In this document: positions 17,759-27,305 of the stretch, piece by piece
Layout: each line of letters begins with the position of its first letter
How positions within the stretch are numbered: the stretch's first letter is position 1
Origin: an uncultured Verrucomicrobiae bacterium
GTDB lineage: Bacteria; Verrucomicrobiota; Verrucomicrobiia; Chthoniobacterales; Terrimicrobiaceae
NCBI GenBank assembly: GCA_963706955.1
Contig: CAVPOC010000006.1
Coordinates: 288,001 to 352,000 of the forward strand
DNA: 64,000 nucleotides
Direction: 5' to 3'
Made by a program: the position numbers and the translations under genes
The notes under the pieces: generated by a model
The model's input: only the letters and a program-made list of their open reading frames with translations
Told to the model about the DNA's origin: nothing
Databases searched by the model: none

Positions 17759-19537
17759 CTAATCGAGAAGCTCGACGTAATGTGAGCGGACCACTTCCAT
17801 GCACCGACTCAGGATCGCTTCTCCGGTTTCGAGTTCGAGCACTTCGCTCGCCAGCGCTTCGCATACCGGCATCGAAAGGCATTGAACCGCCTTCTTTACC
17901 CGCGGGACAACCGTGCTGCTGGCGCTGAGTTCATCGACTCCGAGGCCGAGGAGCAGTGGAGTCAGTTGAATGTCGCCGGCCATCTCGCCGCAGACGCCGG
18001 TCCAAATGGTGTGGCGGCGGGCCGCATCTACGACGTTTTTGATCAGGCGGATGATGGCGGGGTGAGTCGGTTCATAGAGATGTGCGATATGATCGTTCCC
18101 TCTGTCGACCGCGATGGCGTACTGAATAAGATCGTTGGTTCCGATGCTAAAGAATTTCACCTCCCGCGCGAGATGATCCGCCGAGAGGGCGGCACTGGGG
18201 ACTTCGATCATGATGCCCACCTCAATGTCGGGATTGAACTCCGCTCCTTCGTCGCGCAGCTCCCTTCGGCATTCATCGAGAATGGCGTTGGCGCGTCGCA
18301 GTTCTTCAATGCCGGAGATCATTGGATACATGATGCGCACGTTTCCAACAGCCGCCGCCCGTAAGATAGCCCTCAGCTGCGGCTTAAAGATCTCCGGGTG
18401 CTGCAAGCAGAAGCGAATTGCTCTGCAGCCAAGAAAAGGATTCTGCTCATGCTCCAGTTGCAGGCTTTCTGAGGGTTTATCTCCTCCAATATCCAGCGTT
18501 CGGATGATCACGGAATAGGGCTGCGATCGCTCAGCAACGAGACGATAATTCTCGTATTGCTCAGCTTCATCAGGCGGCTTGCTGCGGTTTAGGTAGAGAA
18601 ATTCCGTGCGATAGAGTCCGACACCTTCGGCGCCGCTTCCAGAGACGTCGTCGAGTTCCTCGGGCAGTTCAATGTTTGCCGAAAGAATAATGTGCCGGCC
18701 ATCGCTCGTTGTCGAAGCCGTGTCGCGAATCAGTCCCAGGCGTTGGGCGACTTGGACCTTCCGCTGTTCGATCCTTCCGTACTCCAGGAGAGTCTCTTCG
18801 GTGGGATTGAGGATGAGAACGCCGGTATAACCATCGAGAAGAATGTCGTCCCCGCTCGAGAGGCCGCTGCAAAGGTCATGGACGCCGACAACCGCGGGAA
18901 TATCCATCGATCGAGCCATGATCGCGGTATGCGAAGTCTTGCTCCCCTGTTCGGTAGCAAAACCAAGGACAAGCGCGCGATTGATCGACGCGGTGTCCGA
19001 CGGGGTCAGATTCCGGGCGACAATAATGTGCGGCTTGTCTTCGGTGGCAATCACCCGCGGCGCTTTACCGAGGAGGTGTCGAATCACCCTGCGGGCGACG
19101 TCCTCGATATCAACGACGCGCTCACGAAGATACGGATCGTCGATGGCGCCGAGTGTGCGGCAATACTTCTCAGCCACCTGATGAAAGGTGTATTCGACAT
19201 TGTGCCTCTCTTTTTCAAGATTCCGGAGCACCTCGTCGATGAGCGTGCGGTCTTCAACCACCAAAAGATGCGCATCAAAAATCCCCGCATCCTTGGTTCC
19301 GATCGCATCGGCGATTCGCTGCTGAATCTCGAGCAACTCGGCGCGAGTGGCAATCAGAGCCGATTCAAACCGCGCAATCTCCTCCGGTAATTCTTCTCCA
19401 GAAATGGTGCGAAAGGGAATTTCTTCGTCGTCGAGCCAGTGGACGATGACCCGGCCGTGAGCGATGCCGGACGCTACAGGAACTCCTTGAAAGCGCGTTT
19501 CTTGTTTGCTCTGGGGATGACTTCCACTCACGCCCAA
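17759..19537 (-). CDS. ptsI: PTS enzyme I (phosphoenolpyruvate-protein phosphotransferase)
   Basis: TSHTAIMAR phospho-His motif, GVGLYRTEFL, RTLDIGGDK, FSIGTNDLIQY and GVCGEMAGD; exact start uncertain. Confidence 0.97.
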   Translation of the reverse strand: MGVSGSHPQSKQETRFQGVPVASGIAHGRVIVHWLDDEEIPFRTISGEELPEEIARFESALIATRAELLEIQQRIADAIGTKDAGIFDAHLLVVEDRTLIDEVLRNLEKERHNVEYTFHQVAEKYCRTLGAIDDPYLRERVVDIEDVARRVIRHLLGKAPRVIATEDKPHIIVARNLTPSDTASINRALVLGFATEQGSKTSHTAIMARSMDIPAVVGVHDLCSGLSSGDDILLDGYTGVLILNPTEETLLEYGRIEQRKVQVAQRLGLIRDTASTTSDGRHIILSANIELPEELDDVSGSGAEGVGLYRTEFLYLNRSKPPDEAEQYENYRLVAERSQPYSVIIRTLDIGGDKPSESLQLEHEQNPFLGCRAIRFCLQHPEIFKPQLRAILRAAAVGNVRIMYPMISGIEELRRANAILDECRRELRDEGAEFNPDIEVGIMIEVPSAALSADHLAREVKFFSIGTNDLIQYAIAVDRGNDHIAHLYEPTHPAIIRLIKNVVDAARRHTIWTGVCGEMAGDIQLTPLLLGLGVDELSASSTVVPRVKKAVQCLSMPVCEALASEVLELETGEAILSRCMEVVRSHYVELLD

Positions 19538-19608
19538 GGCGTAGCACGTTTTGTCAACGATGGAACGGGAAAAAACCGCCCGGCATCACCCCATTGCCGT
19601 TCGCCAAT

Positions 19609-19917
19609 CTATTCCTCGCCGAAGCGGGTCTGCACCAGATTTTCTATTTCGGCAATGACCTTATCAGCATCCGCCCCTTCGGCGATAAGAGAGAGCTTCG
19701 ACCCTTTTCCCGCGGCTAGCATCATCAGGCCCATGATGCTCTTGCCATTGACGCGCTCGCCATCTTTTTCTACCCAAACGTCGGCCCGAAATCGACTGGA
19801 GATCTTTACGAACATGGCGGCCGGACGGGCGTGGAGCCCGTTACGGTTCTGGATCACGATCTCCTTGGTGCAACGGAGAACGTCGTCAGTCTGTTTTTTT
19901 CGGGAGAGAAGACCCAT
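19609..19917 (-). CDS. ptsH: Phosphocarrier protein HPr
   Basis: GLHARPAA (His15) and NGKSIMGLMML (Ser46). Confidence 0.96.
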   Translation of the reverse strand: MGLLSRKKQTDDVLRCTKEIVIQNRNGLHARPAAMFVKISSRFRADVWVEKDGERVNGKSIMGLMMLAAGKGSKLSLIAEGADADKVIAEIENLVQTRFGEE

Positions 19918-20882
19918 TATCTGATACGTCGTTCACTCATCATTTGCAGCAAACGCTGATTAAATTCAACTGCGCTGTTTTGTCCCATGTTTTTTAGCTT
20001 CTGGTCAAGCGCGGCGACTTCGACCAATCGGCCTAGATCCCGGCCCTTTTTGACCGGAATTATAACATGAGGGATTCGAATGCCTAGTATCTCGTAAAAC
20101 TCACGATCGAGTCCAATCCGATCGACGTTTTCGAGTTCCTCCCAGTCCTTGAGGGTTAGAACGAAGTCGAGCCGCTTCTCGCTGCGCACGCTTCCGACTC
20201 CGAAAATCGAGCTGATGTTGATGACGCCGATACCTCGGACCTCCATGTGGAAACGAGTGATGTCTGCTGACATGCCGACCAACTCTCGACCCTCGATCGA
20301 GCGGATTTTGGTGATGTCATCGCTGACCAGACTATAGCCGCGCTCGATCAGCGAGAGCACGCATTCACTCTTGCCGATGCCGCTGGCGCCGCGAATCAGG
20401 GTGCCGATCCCCTGAATATCAACCATACTTCCATATTCCTGTGTGGAAGGAGCGAAATCAAACTCCAACGCGATCGTCGCAGCGTTGATGAATTTCATGG
20501 TGATCATATGAGTGCGAAAGACGGGAGTCTCGAACTCAGAAGCCATGTCGAGAAGCGGAGCCGGCGTCGGTGCGTTACGCGCGATCACCAAACACGGAAA
20601 GTTCCGCGAGAACAATTGCTTGAGCTTCTCTCTTTGAATCGGAGCAGGAAGACTTCGGAGGTAGCTAAGTTCCGCAGCACCAAGAACTTGTATACGCTTT
20701 CCTGCAAAATAGCTGTAAAATCCCGTTAGCGCCAGCCCCGGCCGATTGATGGTCGGTTCTCGAATCTTGCGGTTGAGCCCGCGGGAGGCGCCTTCGAGTC
20801 GCAAGCCCAGCGTCTCCGCGTGGTTCGCATAAAAGTGCCCGACAGTGATGTGCGGGACGCGATGGGCAGCGGCCTTGGACAT
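19917..20882 (-). CDS. hprK: HPr kinase/phosphorylase
   Basis: INRPGLALTG, GASGIGKSE Walker A, LVSDD and MEVRGIGVIN. Confidence 0.96.
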   Translation of the reverse strand: MSKAAAHRVPHITVGHFYANHAETLGLRLEGASRGLNRKIREPTINRPGLALTGFYSYFAGKRIQVLGAAELSYLRSLPAPIQREKLKQLFSRNFPCLVIARNAPTPAPLLDMASEFETPVFRTHMITMKFINAATIALEFDFAPSTQEYGSMVDIQGIGTLIRGASGIGKSECVLSLIERGYSLVSDDITKIRSIEGRELVGMSADITRFHMEVRGIGVINISSIFGVGSVRSEKRLDFVLTLKDWEELENVDRIGLDREFYEILGIRIPHVIIPVKKGRDLGRLVEVAALDQKLKNMGQNSAVEFNQRLLQMMSERRIR

Positions 20883-20887
20883 CGGCG

Positions 20888-21667
20888 TTACATCTGGAAA
20901 TTCTCGCCGAGGTAGAGTTTGCGACTGATGGGATCATTCAACAGGAAATCCTTCGTGCCCTGGCTTTCCACGCGGCCCTCGAAGATGAGATAGGCTCGAT
21001 CGACGATGTTGAGGGTCTCACGCACATTGTGATCGGTGATCAAGATAGCTAAGCCCTGCGTGCGCAGGTCTTGGATGATTTGCTGAACGTCATAAACGGC
21101 GATGGGATCCACGCCGCTGAACGGTTCGTCGAGCATGAGCAGGGAAGGTTCCGTGACCAGGGACCGCGCAATGGTCAGTCGGCGCTTCTCACCACCCGAC
21201 AGAGTCAGCGCCATGTTTTTCGCCAGGTGTTCGATGCCGAACTGGGTCAACAGCTCGTCACAGCGTTGCCTGCGGGCCTGCCTGCTGAGCCTTGTCGTTT
21301 CCAGGATCGCCATGATGTTTTCCTGAACGGTGAGCTTTCGGAAGATTGACTCTTCTTGCGGCAGGTAACCCATGCCCTCGCGAGCACGCCGATACATGGC
21401 CATCCCGGTGACGTCACGATCTTCGAAGATAACACGGCCGGCGTTTGGTCGGACGAGCCCAACGATCATGTAGAAAGTTGTTGTCTTACCGGCTCCGTTG
21501 GGACCAAGCAACCCGACGACTTCGCCGCGTTTTACATTGATGTCGACGCCGTTTACCACGGTGCGGCCGCCGTAGATCTTGACGAGTTTGTCTGTGGTGA
21601 GAAGGGGCTTGTGGTCCTGCTGAGGGGTGACGGGGAGTAGTGACGGTGAGGGCGCGATACTCATCAT
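20888..21667 (-). CDS. lptB: LPS export ABC transporter ATP-binding protein
   Basis: GPNGAGKTTTFYMIVGL, YLPQEESIFRKL, LSGGEKRR, DEPFSGVDPIAV and ITDHNVRETL. Confidence 0.96.
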   Translation of the reverse strand: MMSIAPSPSLLPVTPQQDHKPLLTTDKLVKIYGGRTVVNGVDINVKRGEVVGLLGPNGAGKTTTFYMIVGLVRPNAGRVIFEDRDVTGMAMYRRAREGMGYLPQEESIFRKLTVQENIMAILETTRLSRQARRQRCDELLTQFGIEHLAKNMALTLSGGEKRRLTIARSLVTEPSLLMLDEPFSGVDPIAVYDVQQIIQDLRTQGLAILITDHNVRETLNIVDRAYLIFEGRVESQGTKDFLLNDPISRKLYLGENFQM

Positions 21668-21673
21668 CAGAGG

Positions 21674-22267
21674 TTATTGCGGATTATTATCGACGATCAC
21701 GGTTCGGCTGCCGCCTTTTGTGGTCATTTTGCCGCCGCGGTTGAGAATCATCACCGTGCCCTCCTCCGTGGCTACCTGCATGTTGATGTCGTGCTGGACC
21801 GATGGCCAGGTGGTCAGAGTTATGTCCCCGGAAACCGGCTCATAGACGCATTTGCCCGAACGACCGGTTGCCTTGACCTTTTTGCCCGCCTCGTCCGTGT
21901 TTTCCTGCACAATGATGACATTGCCGAAGGCTTCGACGAGCTGCAGGCCCTTCCGGTCCTTGCTCATAGTTACCCGCAGTTTGTCACAGAAAAGGGTAAA
22001 TTGAGGATCCTTAACGACAACACTGCCTTCAAACTCCGCAACACTCGAAACATTGTCGAATGTCGCTTGCTTCTTGGAAGTGATCTCGGTCTTGGCGTCC
22101 TTCGGCCGATCCTTGGTGAGCCCCTTCACCCCGAAGGGGTCTTTTTTTTCGGACGAACCTCCACTCAGCTCGGGACTCATGGTCGGTTTCTCGGTTGGAG
22201 GAGCTGACCATCCAGGAACGGCAAGCAGAGCGATACAAAAGAGGATAAAGAAAAAGAGGCGCTTCAT
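21674..22267 (-). CDS. lptA: LptA/OstA family periplasmic LPS transport protein
   Basis: Signal peptide; beta-jellyroll pattern (FEGSVVVKDPQFTLFCDKL, EAFGNV); position between lptC and lptB. Confidence 0.8.
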   Translation of the reverse strand: MKRLFFFILFCIALLAVPGWSAPPTEKPTMSPELSGGSSEKKDPFGVKGLTKDRPKDAKTEITSKKQATFDNVSSVAEFEGSVVVKDPQFTLFCDKLRVTMSKDRKGLQLVEAFGNVIIVQENTDEAGKKVKATGRSGKCVYEPVSGDITLTTWPSVQHDINMQVATEEGTVMILNRGGKMTTKGGSRTVIVDNNPQ

Positions 22268-22900
22268 GGTGTATTGAAATTCTCAGTGCTCAAGATGGTC
22301 ATCTTTACATTGCCGAGAATTTTCGCAAAACGGTTCTTGGTGTAGAATTCTCCTGCGTCGCCGACGAGCTCAAAATCCTCCCTGCGAATCAGGACGCGGC
22401 TCTCGCTGGTTAGAATGCGAGTAGTTAAGTTAAAAATCGACCGTGGCAGTTCAACATAAATCTTCTTGTCGTCGTCGGAATAGGCGTCGATCTTCAAATT
22501 TTCGAACTCGATGCGCTCCGCGTCCAACTTTCGCGCCTGCTCGGCATCGAGCATCATCAAGAGTTTTCCTTCGGGAGAGTAGGAGGGCACCTTGATGCCC
22601 TTGACGGGAACGCCGTCCGGAACCGGAATGTCGATCTCCTGTTCGCTTTCCTCGCGCGCTGGTTCAGGCTTTTCCTTGGTTGCCTTGGACGCCTTCTCCT
22701 TTGTCGCGTTGGTCTCCTTTGTCGCGTTGGTCTCTTTGGTCGCGTTGGACTCTTTGGTCGCGTTGGATCTCCTTGGTCGCCTTGGTCTCCTTCGGCTTCT
22801 TCGATGGTTTCTCCGCGCTGGCAGTTTTCGAGGAGGGAGCGGGAGTGCCTTGTTGCGCGGCGAGCGAGCCGAAGGCCAAAGCGCAGGCGAGCGTCAGGCT
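22264..22900 (-). CDS. lptC: LptC-like LPS export protein, apparently frameshifted by 1 nt at ~22768
   Basis: C-terminal frame reads ...IDIPVPDGVPVKGIKVPSYSPEGK...GNVKMTI; the signal/anchor LSLTLACALAFGSLAAQ lies in another frame; synteny kdsA-lptC-lptA-lptB; start not identified. Confidence 0.7.
22696..22786. repeat. Five 18-bp tandem units (encoding (T/S)(N/K)ATKE on the - strand) with one extra T at 22768
   Basis: Units at 22696, 22714, 22732, 22750 and 22769. Confidence 0.9.
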
Positions 22901-23720
22901 AAGGGAGAACTTCGCTACGGATGCGGGTGAGCAAATTGAGCAAACTCGGGAGCGTGCGAAGCGGTATCTGATTTGGGCCATCGGAAAGGGCTTTTGCGGG
23001 TTTCTCATGTGTCTCGATAAAAACTCCGTCGCAACCTGCGGCGACGGCGGCGCGAGCCAGGATCGGCGCCAATTCGCCGTCGCCAGCGGTGCGATCACCT
23101 GCTCCGCCAGGACGTTGCACCGAGTGCGTCGCGTCGAAGACTACCTGATAATTTAGTTGTTGCATCCAGTAAATGGAACGCATATCCGCCACAAGGTTAT
23201 TGTAGCCGAAAGTGGCGCCGCGTTCGGTGAAAAAGAACGCACGGCAACCGGCACTTTGCAATTTTGCGGCGATGTTTTTCACATCCCATGGTGCTAAAAA
23301 CTGGCCCTTCTTGACGTTGACGACGCGGCCGCTGGCGCCGGCGGCGAGAACAAGATCGGTCTGTCGGCAGAGAAAGGCGGGCACTTGGATGAGATCGATG
23401 TACTCTGTGGCCACCTCGACCTCATCGGGGGAATGGACATCCGTCGTCACGGGGGCACCGATTTCGCTCCCAATTTCCGCGAGCAGTTTGCAGCCGTCAC
23501 GGACATTTGTTCCCCGGAAGGAATTGACCGAAGTGCGATTTGCCTTGTCGTAGGACGCTTTGAAAACCAATTGCGCACCGAGGTCGTCGCAAATGGTTTT
23601 GATCTTGCGCGCGATCCTCCTGGTGAAGGCTGCACTCTCGATGACGCAGGGCCCCAGAATAAACAGGAGCTTCTTCCCACCGAGAGTATGGCGACCGATG
23701 GTGACGATTGGGCGCGGCAT
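22899..23720 (-). CDS. kdsA: KDO 8-phosphate synthase
   Basis: GPCVIES, FKASYDKANRTS, QVPAFLCRQTDL, KKGQFLAP, FDATHSVQ and ALSDGPN. Confidence 0.97.
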   Translation of the reverse strand: MPRPIVTIGRHTLGGKKLLFILGPCVIESAAFTRRIARKIKTICDDLGAQLVFKASYDKANRTSVNSFRGTNVRDGCKLLAEIGSEIGAPVTTDVHSPDEVEVATEYIDLIQVPAFLCRQTDLVLAAGASGRVVNVKKGQFLAPWDVKNIAAKLQSAGCRAFFFTERGATFGYNNLVADMRSIYWMQQLNYQVVFDATHSVQRPGGAGDRTAGDGELAPILARAAVAAGCDGVFIETHEKPAKALSDGPNQIPLRTLPSLLNLLTRIRSEVLP

Positions 23721-23916
23721 TGCGGCAGCCTAGATATTACCAGCCTTCTCGCAAGACTTTGCAGCGGCCTTCGTCGCCGGGAAGAGCGTCGGGCGGCTTT
23801 TTCTATACGAGGGCCATCCGGTTTTTCTTGCTTGAAACGCCGGCTCAAGATCCATTGCGCCGGATGAGCCCGATCCCGTCCGATAATTGGCTAGGCCACT
23901 TGATTACTTTTCTGTC

Positions 23917-24801
23917 ATGAACCCCATATTCAGAGGCGCCCTTCCCATAGCTCTCGTCGTCATATTGCTTGTCGCCGCCTTTAGTGGGCTCGGCGTCGTC
24001 ATCGAGGCAGGACACGTCGGAATTCTCAGGACGCTCGGTGCCGTCAAGCCTCAGCCGCTCCGGGAAGGATTTCACCTTAAGAAACCGTTTATAGACCAGG
24101 TTGAGCAGATGGATATCCGCCTCACCGCAAGTCATGCGCAAGCGACCGCAGCGTCCAAGGATCTGCAGACGGTGAGCACGCAAGTGACGACACAATATTC
24201 GATGAATGGCGACATGGCCCCGCTCACCTATCAGCGTATCGGCAACCTCGGCAAAGTCTCTGCCACCTTGGTCGAACCAGCCATTCAGGAGTGCGTGAAA
24301 TCGGTGACGGCGAAATTTACGGCGGAGGAGCTGGTGACGAAACGCGAGGTAGTCAAGCTCCAGATCCAGCAGAGTTTGATCGCCTACATCAACAATACCC
24401 TCAAGGAAAAGGGCGTCGAGAACGCCATCAGTATCGCAAACCTGGCGATCACCGATTTCAATTTCTCTCCGGAATTCAATCGAGCCATTGAGTCCAAAGT
24501 TCAGGCCGAACAACAGGCGTTGCAGGCCAAGAACGAGAAGATCAAGCGCGTCACCCAAGCGGAAGCGGCCGCTGCCGAACGTCAGCTATCGGCAGACGCT
24601 GAGGCCTACTCGACAGAGGTCCAATCAAAAGCCCGAGCCGAAGCTATTCGCCGGGAAGCTGAGGCGCTCAGGCAAAGCCCGGAACTAATTAACCTACGGG
24701 CAGTGGAAAGGTGGGACGGTGTGCTGCCTCGAGTAAGCGGCAGCTCCACGGTCCCGTTCCTAAACCTTGGCGCCGAGCTCGAGCAACAACCCCCTCGCTA
24801 G
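23917..24801 (+). CDS. SPFH/prohibitin (band 7) family membrane protein
   Basis: N-terminal transmembrane helix; IEAGHVG, EGFHLK, SKDLQ, FSPEFNRAIESK, coiled coil and WDGVLP. Confidence 0.92.
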   Translation: MNPIFRGALPIALVVILLVAAFSGLGVVIEAGHVGILRTLGAVKPQPLREGFHLKKPFIDQVEQMDIRLTASHAQATAASKDLQTVSTQVTTQYSMNGDMAPLTYQRIGNLGKVSATLVEPAIQECVKSVTAKFTAEELVTKREVVKLQIQQSLIAYINNTLKEKGVENAISIANLAITDFNFSPEFNRAIESKVQAEQQALQAKNEKIKRVTQAEAAAAERQLSADAEAYSTEVQSKARAEAIRREAEALRQSPELINLRAVERWDGVLPRVSGSSTVPFLNLGAELEQQPPR

Positions 24802-24821
24802 TCACCGAATTGCCGGAACCA

Positions 24822-25154
24822 TCAGATTCCGTGTACGGCAAGCCAAATCGTCAAGGGCTGTCGGGAGGTGGCTTCGACTCTGTGCTTGCGGTGAGCTTCG
24901 ATCATTAACCAATCCCCAGCGGAGAGATGAATCGTTTCGTTAGGATCGAGAAGCGCGACTTCAGCCCGTCCTTGCACCACCACGACCCATTCCTCCTTGG
25001 GTTGGTCAAACCAAAAACCGGTGGGCGAGACCTGTCCGGCAGAAGTGATGCGTTCGATGCGAAATGATTTCGATCGGCACAATTCCTCCGCGCGCTCCTC
25101 TTTCATGGCATCCGGCAGGTTGCGGAAGAGAGAACCCTTAGCAGAATCGTTCAT
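24822..25154 (-). CDS. Cupin domain protein
   Basis: RIERITSAGQ, WFDQPKEEWVVVVQG and AHRKHRVEAT. Confidence 0.88.
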   Translation of the reverse strand: MNDSAKGSLFRNLPDAMKEERAEELCRSKSFRIERITSAGQVSPTGFWFDQPKEEWVVVVQGRAEVALLDPNETIHLSAGDWLMIEAHRKHRVEATSRQPLTIWLAVHGI

Positions 25155-26092
25155 TAGACCGGTTTTCTGAAAACGCGTAAGACGCCTTTTCTACATTCCA
25201 TGTCTACAGGCCAGATGTCCTCGACAGCCGTGCCGTCGAGATGCACCGGCAGTTTGGTTGGGCCGGCCAATCGGAGGCTCGCGACGCGGAAGGCGATCGA
25301 TTTCGGACGGTATTCACGGCGGCCAAAGGCGATCGAGGCGAAGTGCCACCAGAGCTGGAGCTTGCTGTAGCGGCTGAACACCGATACGGTCAAAAACCCG
25401 TCGTCCATTCGTTCGTGCGGCGCGACCGCGAAGTTCATCCCGAAGAACGGGCCGTTGGACACCGTGATCATCAAGGCTGAGAGGAGAATGCTTGATGTGC
25501 GATTGCGGGCCAGTGCCTGAAAGAGATGGCGGCTTTCGTTGTTGGCCACGTGCACCAGCGCATCGCAAATTGGCCGATCGAGCGTCAGAGAAAAAATCGG
25601 ACGCCGAAACCAGTAGACGAGCCGCAGGAGTTCGAGTATCCGGCTCAACTGTCCGGATTTGATCTCCTCGCTAATGGGGTACAACGCTGCGTCCAGACCC
25701 GAGCCGAGACATTCAAAGAACGGACGTCCATTGGCAAAGCCAACATCCACGGCTCTCACGTTGCCAGCGACGACAACTTTACAAGCTTCGATCGGATCCA
25801 AAGGCAGATCGAGGCTGCGGGCAAAGTTGTTGAACGTTCCGGCAGGAATGATGCCGAGCGGGATTTGTGTGCCGACTACTTCCGCGGCGACGTTCTCAAT
25901 GGTGCCGTCCCCACCGGCGACGCCGATCCAATCGCACTGATTATCTTTGGCGTCCCGCAGGATGGTGCTGGTGCTGCCAATTTCCTCGATGTCACGCGCG
26001 ACAACATCTCCCAACGCCGCAACGATCTTGGGAAGGAGTGCAGGGTCGAACGACCCCGCTTTTCGGCTGTAGACGAGGAAACCGCGAGACAT
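25154..26092 (-). CDS. Diacylglycerol/lipid kinase family protein (YegS/BmrU-like)
   Basis: AGGDGT, GIIPAGTFNNFARSL, GLDA, NGPFFG and VHLDG motifs. Confidence 0.92.
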   Translation of the reverse strand: MSRGFLVYSRKAGSFDPALLPKIVAALGDVVARDIEEIGSTSTILRDAKDNQCDWIGVAGGDGTIENVAAEVVGTQIPLGIIPAGTFNNFARSLDLPLDPIEACKVVVAGNVRAVDVGFANGRPFFECLGSGLDAALYPISEEIKSGQLSRILELLRLVYWFRRPIFSLTLDRPICDALVHVANNESRHLFQALARNRTSSILLSALMITVSNGPFFGMNFAVAPHERMDDGFLTVSVFSRYSKLQLWWHFASIAFGRREYRPKSIAFRVASLRLAGPTKLPVHLDGTAVEDIWPVDMECRKGVLRVFRKPV

Positions 26093-26207
26093 TCATGAGC
26101 ACTTCGCCAGTTCAAGACAAACGTCAATGGTCTTTCACGGAATTCCCCTGAAATCGGGATTGTGATCGCTGCGCTCCCGGCAGACGACGCACGGCGAGGC
26201 AGCGGCC

Positions 26208-26450
26208 TTGGCGCCTTTTTCGAAAGATGCCGCTCGAAAGGCCGGTCAAACCGGCGTCGTGATGCTGCGTCTCGATAAACAAAAAGGGGCGGGTAAGTGC
26301 CGTCAGCTCGTGAAGTCCTCCGGCCACGCGTTACTAGAAAACCGAGCGCGCGGGGCGGGTGCAGCGTTGGATTTTCGCCCAGCACGACGCGACGGCAGGA
26401 AAGTCGCCACACAGGTGGAGGTCCCCGTGCGTTTCAGCCTCGATCGCTGA
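26208..26450 (+). pseudogene. Degraded TonB C-terminal domain
   Basis: ARKAGQTGVVML...LVKSSGHALLE...FRPARRDGRKVATQVEVPVRFSL; SINKKGRVSAVS and VQRWIF are recoverable only in shifted frames; no N-terminal anchor. Confidence 0.7.
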
Positions 26451-26459
26451 ACCCATGCC

Positions 26460-27305
26460 CTAGGCGCTAATGGGAGTACCCGGAATGCGCGGGGCGACCT
26501 GCCGCCTGACCCATTCGCCGGCCACGTCCAGCAGTGTCACCAACGCAAGAATGAAAAGGAGCACAGTGGCGAAGCGATCCCATTGGTAATATTCCTGATA
26601 AACATGGAGCAGGACTCCCACGCCGCCGGCACCCACATACCCGACGATTGAGGCGGACCGAATGTTGTACTCCAGCATCCAAAGGGAATAGCTCCAAATC
26701 AACGGACGCGTATTCGGCCAGAGACCATGTTGAAAAGCTTGGATTCGCCCCGCACCGATGGCCCTCAAGCCGCGAGCGACTTCGAGGTCGACCGATTCGA
26801 AAGCGTCGCCGAAGAACTTTCCCAGGTAGCCGAGGCTATAGAAGCTGAGACCAAGCACCCCGGCCAGTGGATACGGACCAACCACGGCCACCGCGATCAG
26901 CGCCCAAATCAAACCCGGAATGGTGCGGATGCAATTCATGATCATCCGCGAGATCACTACCAGCCAGCGCGGTGAAAGAGTTTGCGCCCCGGCGACAGCC
27001 AGCGGAAAAGCCAGCAAGATGGAAAAGAAGGTCGCCAAGACGGCAATCTGGATCGTTTCAATCAGCGCTTCGAGGATCTGACCCGACACGGAAAGGTCTG
27101 GGGGAAAGAAACGCTTTAGAAAGCGGACGAGATTCCCCGCATGATCCAAGTCGCGCCCCGACCCTCGCATCGCCGGAAGCGAAAACGCTATCGCCAGCAG
27201 AAAAATAATCAGCGAAACAGACGTGATGTTGAGCCGGTGATGCCAGGGAAGGTCAGGGGACCTTGCAGGAGCGGCACTGCGGGCCTTACTGTCGGGCGGC
27301 GGCAT
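26460..27305 (-). CDS. phnE: Phosphate/phosphonate-type ABC transporter permease
   Basis: RFFPPD, ETIQIA, RTIP, LGKFFGDAFE and EYNIRSASIVGYVGAGGVG. Confidence 0.88.
   Translation of the reverse strand: MPPPDSKARSAAPARSPDLPWHHRLNITSVSLIIFLLAIAFSLPAMRGSGRDLDHAGNLVRFLKRFFPPDLSVSGQILEALIETIQIAVLATFFSILLAFPLAVAGAQTLSPRWLVVISRMIMNCIRTIPGLIWALIAVAVVGPYPLAGVLGLSFYSLGYLGKFFGDAFESVDLEVARGLRAIGAGRIQAFQHGLWPNTRPLIWSYSLWMLEYNIRSASIVGYVGAGGVGVLLHVYQEYYQWDRFATVLLFILALVTLLDVAGEWVRRQVAPRIPGTPISA

Noticed and set aside
17734..17765. GGCGATGTTCGC...GCTAAT resembling a fluoride riboswitch
   Set aside because: It lacks the pseudoknot pairing and terminal motif, points antisense into the end of ptsI, and has no fluoride-related gene downstream.
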